Source of the DNA: Vicugna vicugna
Lineage: Eukaryota
Length of the DNA: 64,000 nucleotides
Reading direction: 5' to 3'
Assembly: GCA_013265495.1 (NCBI GenBank)
Contig: MU057560.1
Span: forward strand, 2,418,909-2,482,908
Shown piece by piece: positions 55,744 through 64,000 of the stretch. The notes under the pieces are model-generated. The model saw only the letters and a program-made list of their open reading frames with translations, was not told the origin of the DNA and did no database searches. The translations under genes and the position numbers were made by a program. Position 1 is the first letter of the stretch. Each line of letters starts with the position of its first letter.

Positions 55744-57003
55744 ATTTATTTTTATTTGATTTTCTTATTGAAAGACAGTTGATTCACAAGGTTGTGTTAG
55801 TTTCTGGGGTACCACACACTGATTCAGTTACACATATACAAATACATTTTCTTTTTCACATTCTTTTCCATTATAGGCTATTACAAAACACTGAATGCAA
55901 CTCCCTGTGCTGTACCGTAGGACCTTGTTGTTTATCTATTTTACATACAGTAGTTTGTATCTGCGAATCCCAAAGCGCCAATTTATCCCTTCCTCCCCCT
56001 GTCCCCTTTGGTGACAGTAAGTTTGTTTTCTCTGTCTGTGAGTCTGTTTCTGTTTGGTTTCTTTTTTTTTATGTTTGATCCTTTAATTTGTTTTTTTTTA
56101 ATTGCGGTATAGTCAGTTTACAATGCTGTGTCAGTTTCTAGTGCACAGCTTTGTGTTTCAGTCATACGTACACATACATACATTCGTTTTCATATTCTTC
56201 TTCATTATAGGTTACTGCAAGACATTGAACATAATTCCCTGTGCTGTACAGAAGAAACTTGTTGTTTATCTGGTTTTGTGAGGATTTTCTTGTATTTCCA
56301 AAGCAAGAGAGATTCTGCCACAGGTCGTTGGCTATTCCGTGTGAGCCGCTCAGTTTCAGAAGCATCTTTGATGTATTTGTGGGAGAGGGCGAGCCATGCA
56401 TCCTCCTCTGCAATCTTGGCAATCTCCCATTTCTGTTTTATAATTAAGTTCATCTGTATCATATTTTAGATTCCACATATAAGTCACATCATCTGTTTGT
56501 CTTTGTCTTTCTGACTTACTCAATTTAGAATGATAATCTTCAGGTTCATCCATGTTGCTGCAAATGGCATTATTTCATTCTTTTTTATGGCTGAGTGGTA
56601 TTTCATTGTATAACTATACCACAACTTCTTATCCAGTCATCTGTCAATGGACATTTAGGTTGTTTCCATGTCTTGGCTACCATAAATTGTGTTGCTATGA
56701 ACATTGGGGTGCAGGTGTCTTTTCGAATTAGAGTTTCCTCCAGGAGTGGGATTGCAGAGTCATAAGGTAAGTCTATTTTCAGTTTTTTAAGGAAACTCCA
56801 TACTGTTCTCCACAGTGGCTGCACCAATTTACATTCCCACCAGCAGTGCAGGAGGGTTCCCTTTTCTCCACAGCCTCTCCAGCATTTACTATTCGTAGAC
56901 TTTTGAATGATGGACACCCTCACTGGTGTGCAGTGACATCTCATTGTAGTTTTGATTTGTGTTTCTCTCATAATTAGTGACACTGAGCATCTTTTCATGT
57001 GCA
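55744..57003 (-). mobile_element. 5'-truncated L1 (ORF2 C-terminus + 3'UTR + tail), host of a nested insertion
   Basis: ORF 56603-57229 contains [26 protein letters not shown]...[35 protein letters not shown], the L1 ORF2 C-terminal Cys-rich domain. The 3'UTR runs to a T-rich tail at about 55744-55768 and is interrupted at 56056-56428. Confidence 0.95.
56056..56428 (-). mobile_element. Short bipartite L1-derived retroelement (L1 5' end fused to L1 3' end, A-tail, TSD)
   Basis: The minus strand begins GGGAGATTGCCAAGATTGCAGAGGAGG...CTCGCCCTCTCCCACAAATACATCAAAG (L1 5'-end-like), joins the L1 3'UTR at ..AAAACCAGATAAACAACAAG, and ends ATTAAAAAAAAA plus an A-rich tail. TSD GTTTCTGTTT (56046-56055) / ATTTCTGTTT (56429-56438). 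Confidence 0.8.
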
Positions 57004-58589
57004 AAGGCAACATGATAAAAGCTACACTTAAGAAAGTAAGTTGCTCAGACCTGTGGGAAGGATGGAGGGAGAAGTTAATGGCGATCAGGACGAGCTTATG
57101 AGCATCTGGGTCTGATGGTGGGGAGTGTGGTGACAAGAGATGGGAAACTTGGCTCCCTGCCGACCCCTCCTGAACTAACACTCCACACCCTGGGCAGAAG
57201 CGCACGGCTGAAGGTGAATCAGGGATCACAGTTCATCTCACTTCCCAGAAGAAGATTCTGATGGCCCAGCAGGTCCTTCCCAAGTGGTGCAGCTAATTAG
57301 TGGCCACGTCATGACCTGGTAAGGTGCAAGGTCACGGGGAACCTGAAGGTAGCCTTGCTGGAAGCCACCTTCAGAGAACGTTCTGCCACCTGTTGTCAAC
57401 ATGACTGGTGAGAATCAGGTAGATTTCTTCAGTGATTCCAAATTCTCTCCCAGAATTCTGGCTTTTCATTTGTCCCCTTTTTCTGAGTATCTCCTTCAGT
57501 TTGAGCCAGGCCTCCTTCGAGAATGTCCAGGGTCTGCTCACGGGCCTGGGGGGGTAGTGTTACCCACATGTCTTTGCTCACTGGCTGTGCTGCCCAGGAT
57601 GCTTTATCCAAACCTTGTGAACTTCCCTTTTGGCTCTTTATCAAAGGCTTAAGAAGGGGAGTCTATTTGTATGTTAAGATGAGGGAACAGAACAACCGTT
57701 TTAAAAGATAAGAGCTGGAATTTATAAGCCTTTAACAAACTGTTATTTCTTTCACGGAGAGAAAATAAAAATGGGAGGTAGTAAGGAGCGGCAGAGGGGC
57801 TGCAGATAACATCGCTCAGAGGCTCTGAAACCTGGTATCATTTATCATCATCTAAGATGCTGTGGTCTGCAAGAGCAGAAGCGTCTGACGTTATCTGTCT
57901 ACGTACAGCCAATTGAGTTGCCTCTTCAGAATCCCAGACAAACATTTCATTAGTTACCATTCATCAGTAAATTGGGATGAAACGCCAAAACACTTCTTTA
58001 AAAGAGCTGGATTGCATTTCCCACATATGGTGCTTTAAAAAATAATCATTTATATTGCACTTTTCTTTCAAGTGTTCCAACTATGCTGCTTTCCAAATAT
58101 TTGCATAGTCTTCATGACCCTCTCCTTCAGTCACGAGCAGGATTCTTTTCATTTCTGAGGACTAGGGGAGGAGACGCAAGCTCTTCCAATGCATTGAGGC
58201 AGTCTGAATTTAGCCAAGAGAACCATGATTTCATGAAAAAAGCTATTGAGTTCATTCAGGCAATGGCCGTGCCCCTTTTTGCCTGAAGTTGGCAGGTGTT
58301 TCACCGAAATGACAGAGTGGTCTCTGCCCTGAAAGTGGGTTAGGCAGGTGGGTTTGGTTTCATAGGAAGACCTAGGGCTATCCACTGAGACAGTCCTGAC
58401 CTCGCCTTGGGAATTCAAGGACCAGAGTGACGATCAGCTAGGACGACTGCCAGTGACTGGGAGCGGGCAGCCAGCCGCTGTGGACCTCAGGGCGTCCGTC
58501 CTAACAGAAATAGCTGGAGGACAGCTGCTGTCACCCTCCCAGTTGGGTCACTCATGGCTTTCCCTGAACTTCATCATCGTAAAACCAAA

Positions 58590-60410
58590 CTGAGGATTTC
58601 TGTCTGCAGCTGAGTTGGAGAAGCTAGCCACAGACCAATGCTTCATCGCAAACAAGTAGAAAAGTCAGACTTGGGGGGAAAAAAGTCATTTGGGAGACAT
58701 GAGAGAGCTGTGTGCGTGGCCAAGACCTGAGGCCTGAAGGCCTCAGGGGAGGAGGGGCCTCGGAGGTTAGACTCTGTGAACCTCGTGAGCGCGTGGGCTT
58801 ACGGAGAAGAGGCAGGTGCAGGGGACTCCATCAGAAACATGAAGGCGTTTGCCACGTGCTTAGGACGGGCAGGGCAGGGTGTTAAGCAGCAAAGCACAAG
58901 CCTTGGAGTTCTGGGCTGAAAAGAGTGCAGTTTTTGATGTAGCGGAATGGCGACTGGGATTTTACAAGGCAGATGGATGCCAGTGAATAGTTTAGGGTTT
59001 CAGCTGGACACCTGGGGGGCCTTCCCTGGAGAAAGAAAAACAAGAACAACGTGAAGCCTTACAAACCTGCAGACATACGAAAAGCAGCCCTGCATCCTGG
59101 TCATGCGGAGTCTCAGCCCAGGACAGAGTGAAGGACAGCCACCCTCTCAGCTCAGGGACCAGGAAAGAGGCCCCCTCTGAAAGAAGAACTGGTCACCCAG
59201 AGTCTCCATGGCTTTTTCCACGCAGCGTCCAGCATTTCAGGGAAGCTCAACCAGACGTAACCAAGAAAGGAACTAAGGACAAAGGGAAAACAGGAAAAGA
59301 GACGCATGTCTCACATGGACTGTAAGACAGCCCTGGTTAATATGTGGAAGCAAAGATGAGGAATGTAAGCAGAAAATCCAAATCCACAGAAAAGCATCAA
59401 TTAAAAATTTCAGCAGCGAAAGTTTCAATAATTGAAACTAAGATTCAATTAAGTAATAGTTGAGTCTAAACCATGGAAGACAGGATCGGATTAGGGGACA
59501 GTGGATTAGTGGAAAACACCCAGGCTTAGGCAGAGAGAAGCAAAGCACAGAAATTAGCACCAGAGACACATGGAACAGGGGAAGGTCCTTGGAGTACTGG
59601 GAGGAAGGGAGAGAGACTGAGGGGAAGGGGTATTTAAAGAGATCCTGCTGAGAATTTTCCCAAACTTATGATCGAACTCAAGTCATAGATACACAAGGTC
59701 TGTGGGCCCCGTACACGAGGCAAACCTGCCCGATACTTCACAACAGACCTGCTCAGATCCCAGGCCAGAGGGAAGACTCTTAGACGTGGGCAGAGCGAAA
59801 GGGGGAGCAAAAATACTAACAGCTGACATTCCCACGGAAGCAACGGACGCCAGAAGACAATGGAACGTCGCCTTTAAAGCGCTGAAAGGAAATAACCGGA
59901 AACCTGAGGTGTCTAGAGAAAATGGCCTTCACAGGCGAAGGCAAAACAAATACGTTTCCATCATGAGAAAGCTGAGCGTCTCTGTTGCCAGGAAATGTAT
60001 GTGAAAAGAAGTAGCAAGGAGAATTCTTTGGGAAGAAAGAAAACGATTCTACAGAGAAACACAGAAATCCAATAAATGCAATAAAATCAAAGGAAAGAGA
60101 AAATGGGAAATACGTAGATAAATACAAACAAATATTAACTGTACCAGAATAATACCAGCTGATGTGGCCTAAAGGATGTGGAGATTACAAAAGTGGGACA
60201 GTAACAGGGAGCCAGGTGACCTACTGTCTTCTAAGAGCATATCATTGGCTAAGAGTGGGAACAGTGTCAAGTTACATTTGACTGTGATTAATCAAGAATA
60301 CACTTCATAATCTTCAGTTTATAATCCTAACCCCTGAAGGAAGAAGGGGAGTTTATGAAATTAATATGATACAGGTAAATTAAAAAAAAATACTGGTTAA
60401 CTCAAAAGCA
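58590..60410 (+). mobile_element. Old L1M/HAL1-like 5' region with ORF1 remnant
   Basis: GCTGAGAATTTTCCCAAACTTATG (AENFPKLM) and ORF 59702-60004 LTADIPTEATDARRQWNVAFKALKGNNRKPEV resemble the L1 ORF1p C-terminal motif LTADLS.ETLQARR.W..IF..LKE.N..PRI. Confidence 0.8.
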
Positions 60411-60417
60411 GGCAAAG

Positions 60418-60813
60418 CATCGTCATACTAAGTGAAATAAGCCAGAAAGAGAAGGAAAAATATCATATGATATCACTTATATGTGAAATCTAAAAAAAAT
60501 GACACAAATGAATGTATTTACAAAACAGAAACAAACTCACAGACATAGAAAACAAACTTATGGTGCTAGGGAGGAAGGGGGTTGGAGAGATAAATTCAGA
60601 GTTTTGGATTAGCAGGTACTAACCACTGTATATAAAACAGATAAAGAACAAGGTCCTACTGCACAGCACAGGGAACTATACTCAATACCTTGTAATAACC
60701 TATTATGAAAAAGAATATGAAAAGGAATCTATATGTAGAACTGAATCCCTATGCTGTCCACCAGAAACCAACACAACATTGTAAATCCACTATACTTCAA
60801 CAAAACAAAAAAC
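60418..60813 (+). mobile_element. Younger L1 3'UTR with A-tail
   Basis: TCATACTAAGTGAAATAAGCCAGAAAGAGAAGGAAAAATATCATATGATATCACTTATATGTG...CAGCACAGGGAACTATACTCAATACCTTGTAATAACC...CACAACATTGTAAATCCACTATACTTCAACAAAACAAAAAA. Confidence 0.92.
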
Positions 60814-60889
60814 AGAACCCTCCAGAAAGCCTGCAAAAAAATTTTTTTGAACAGTAGCAACAACAAAAAGAGAAGGTAGAGCAGCGAAA

Positions 60890-61865
60890 AGGAGCAAGAC
60901 CTTTGACCTAGTGATCCCACTCCTGAGTACATGCTCCAAAGAAACGTGCACGTACATGCACCAAGGGATGCTGACAATAGTGTCCACAGCAACATTGTTC
61001 ATAACAACCCAGACCGGAAACAGCCCCACAAGAGTAGGGCCAATAAAAACAGTATGTTTATGTCATGGAATACATTAGGGCAATGAATGACAACAAACTT
61101 CTGCCACCTGCAACTGTAACAGAAAAGAACAAATCTGACTCCACATTAGATCTGTTCCTTTGGCTTTAACCCTGTGCCCTGTTTTCTAGGCTTAGTCTTG
61201 CCGGCTCTGCACCTTTTGTAAAAGAATGTTGCCTTTAGCCTGAAATAATCCTCAAGGCTCTGACAGTTTAAGGATATTACCACTTTTGCACATATATAAA
61301 GATAACAAGTTGCAGAACAGAAAATAATGTTTGTTTTGTTGGAGGTTTTGCAAGAGCACCATGCCCTGCCCCACGTGGACGACTGCAAGAACAAAAAATT
61401 CCTACACCAAGAAGTTTGCAACAACCAACCACACCCCCGCCCCTTTTTAGTATAAAAGGAGCCTAAATTCTGACTTGGATAAGATGGTTCTCCAGGACAT
61501 TAGCCTGCAATCTTCTTGGTCGGCCGGCTTTGTGAATAAAGACACTATTCTTTGCCTCAACACCTCATCTCCCGATTTATTGGCCATGGGGTGAACAGAA
61601 CGAGTTTGGACTCGGTAACACAAGGACATCACGATGCCACATGCAAGTCCATGTAAGGAAACCAGACACGAAATCCTACAAAGTGAAGGTGTGGGGACGG
61701 GTGTCAGAACAGTCCCTCCACCGACAGTGTGTGACTTGAAGGGCAGGTGGAGGTTGCCTGGATGCCAGCATTCCTTCTGACTTGAACTGGGCAGTGATTA
61801 CGTGGCTGTGTTCACTTTGTAGAAACTCATCAGGGTGTGTATTTGTAACCTGTGCACACTGTCTG
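60890..61865 (+). mobile_element. Old L1 3' region (L1MC/ME-like) split by the solo LTR
   Basis: TTTGACCTAGTGATCCCACTCCTGAGTACATGCTCCAAAGAAA...CAGCAACATTGTTCATAACAACCC before the LTR. It resumes after 61620 with GAAACCAGACACGAAA...GTGTTCACTTTGTAGAAACTCATCAGG. Confidence 0.7.
61115..61620 (+). mobile_element. ERV (class I-type) solo LTR, 506 bp
   Basis: TGTAAC...GGTAACA termini, TATAAAA at 61451-61457, AATAAA at 61535-61540, and 4-bp TSD CAAC/CAAG (3/4). No PBS or internal sequence follows. Confidence 0.92.
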
Positions 61866-64000
61866 TGTGCTCCCTCAACAGACAGCAACAGAAGCAGAGG
61901 TGCGCGTCCTCACTCGCCGTGCGCCTCAGCGCGCACCTGGCTCAGTTCCAGCCGGGAGGTAAACCAGACCTCCTGTTTTTATGTGCTCCACATCGGTGTG
62001 CCTTCCGTGCTGGACTTCATTTTAAACTTCAAGCCTAGACATTTAAAAATTTTTGGCTATTTATTTTGGTTCTCAATTCCTAAAATGTCTCTGAACATTT
62101 GACTTACAGATAAATCTTGATTTCAGATTCCATAACCCATGGACAAATCCCAATCCAATGCTACCACAGCCCCAGCTATGAGAACCCACCTTAGACGTGA
62201 CTCCCCGAGTTCCCACGTGTGCATGAGACACCCAGTCTTCCCACGAGACCCTCATTCAGAGACGTCGTGACAACAGCCAGGAGTGACTGCGGAGGGGCCA
62301 TAGCCTCCAGATCTTCTGTTCATCAGCGCCATTCAACTCAATAAGAAATCGCTGTTAACTGCTAGCAGAGAGGAGTAATTCTCTTTTCCCATCCCTGAGG
62401 ATATTACAGTCAATTCTGGACACCGACAGACAAACACATGATAAGAGTTCAATAAGGAGCTCGGAGACGAGGGAGGAGAGGCACACAGCCGGTGAGGACC
62501 TCCCCAGGACGCGACGGCTGGGCGCGGCCTCCAGGATCAGGACGCGCGGTGCAGGGAGAGTGGGAGACGGGGCACTCTGGGCAGGGAGAAGCGCCAGGGG
62601 TGAGGCACAGTTGGCACGAAGCCGGCTCATGTCTCATGGGACTTTCTGCACCTTTACTTCTGGAGGCAAGTGCCACAGCTTTGCCAAAACCAGCCAGGCA
62701 ACAACGAAGCCAGCAGAAGTGTGTCTCACCAGGGCTCCGAGGGTGATTCAGAGCATCCCGCCAGTTTGTGAGGATTCCTGCTGGCCTCAGCGTTCCCATG
62801 AGAGCGAGTGTCTTGCGTCTGTCTTGACACCCCTGCAGGACGGGAGGACTGACCCAGGGTTGGGGGTGAGGACCCGCTGCCCTACTGTGCTCGAGGGACC
62901 GGTGGTGACGGTGGTCCACGAGGGACGGTTTAGAAGCGGACCTCCACAAGAACTAATGTGTGCACATATACACATGGATACCTGGTTAAAACTATAGTGA
63001 TGTAAAGGGTATGTTACACAGTATTTACAGATAATAATAAATACACAGAAAAATGGATTCCCAAACAATGCTTTTGTTCATTTCTCCAAAACTCTGAAAT
63101 CATAGCTCAACTATGGTTTGCTATTTACAGGTGAATGTAGTTAAAACATGTACGTTGCTTGACATTTTTGTTCGTGTGATTTAAACCAAGAGAGACGAGA
63201 GCGAGACAGCAGCCCTGTGTGTTAGAACTTCCCTCCGGTCAGTGATGCGTGTGACTCCTTTGCTAAATCAGATAATAGTTTTTGGATATTAAAATACTAT
63301 TTCCGCAATGTTCCACACTTTTTACAATGCAATGGCTGCAGAAATAATTTACTTTTAAATTTAATCTGTGTTACTACTGTTTGTCACCAACTTGACAATC
63401 ATCAAAACAATATATGGAGCTCTGATTCACGAGGTGTGCCAGCTTCCATGGAGAAGTCACTCTCCCTGTGGTCGACTCCAAGTGCCCAACGTAACATCCC
63501 TGAACGAGAGGCTGGGGAGAAGTTCGCAGCAGCCCATCAGGGTACCTGTTCCCACACAGACACGGCAGATGTCAATAACCTCAAGGGAAGAGGTAATAAT
63601 AAGTTAAAATACAGTAAAATAGGAAGCAATGAGTTTGGGGAATTTATTATGTTTTCCTATTTTGTTTTAAATATAATTCATTGAATGGTAAGTCTCTGTA
63701 ATTTAATTTTTAACAATGACTGTACTTAATATGGGCTCGTGAAATTCCTCAAGATTTAAGTCCATTCTCCTGAGCCGGTGTGAACCGCCCCAGCACACTG
63801 CCGCTGAGGAGCGTGGTCAGACGCTCCGTCTCTCCCTCCCGCAACCGCCGGGCTGTCTCTTCTCACTCCTACTTTGTAGATGAACAAGGGCCCCTGGCAG
63901 AGAGGTTTGCAAAACCTCACACAGCACTTAGTCTCCCTTTAACTCTATGTTACAGACACAGCAGAAGGCGGGGCTCTAAGTGTGCCCACGGAAGGTCAAA

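Noticed and set aside
56272..56428. snRNA (U2/U6)-L1 chimera as an explanation of the non-3'UTR segment
   Set aside because: It does not match snRNA sequences I know and instead resembles an L1 5' terminus.
15463..61620. The two same-orientation related LTRs as the ends of one provirus
   Set aside because: They are 45 kb apart, highly diverged and have different flanking TSDs. No PBS, PPT or gag/pol/env lies between them, so they are independent solo LTRs.

Overview
This is 64 kb of mammalian genomic DNA. A tRNA-derived SINE at about 2.06-2.19 kb resembles the camelid Vic-1 type, and the L1 ends look cetartiodactyl, so a camelid (camel/alpaca) is likely. I recognise no host protein-coding gene. 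The hundreds of ORFs in the track are GC-driven noise, except those translating to LINE-1 ORF1/ORF2 remnants. The window looks like intronic or gene-desert DNA: very GC/CpG-rich up to about 55 kb, then AT-richer and L1-dense. It contains L1, L2, MIR, MaLR (MLT1), ERVL (MLT2) and ERV1-type solo LTR relics, three CAGGTG-cored minisatellites, microsatellites, a 64-N gap and several AT-rich islands that may be conserved enhancers. The most interesting candidate is a ~370-bp TSD-flanked, A-tailed retroelement at 56056-56428 made of an L1 5' end fused directly to an L1 3' end, which suggests a bipartite non-autonomous L1-derived SINE-like family. Other leads are strong local AT-to-GC drift in repeat copies (probable GC-biased gene conversion), a minus-strand microexon candidate at 51230-51274 and two near-perfect RFX X-boxes 0.94 kb apart. 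Repeat family names come from recalled consensus sequences, not database searches, and old-repeat boundaries are approximate.
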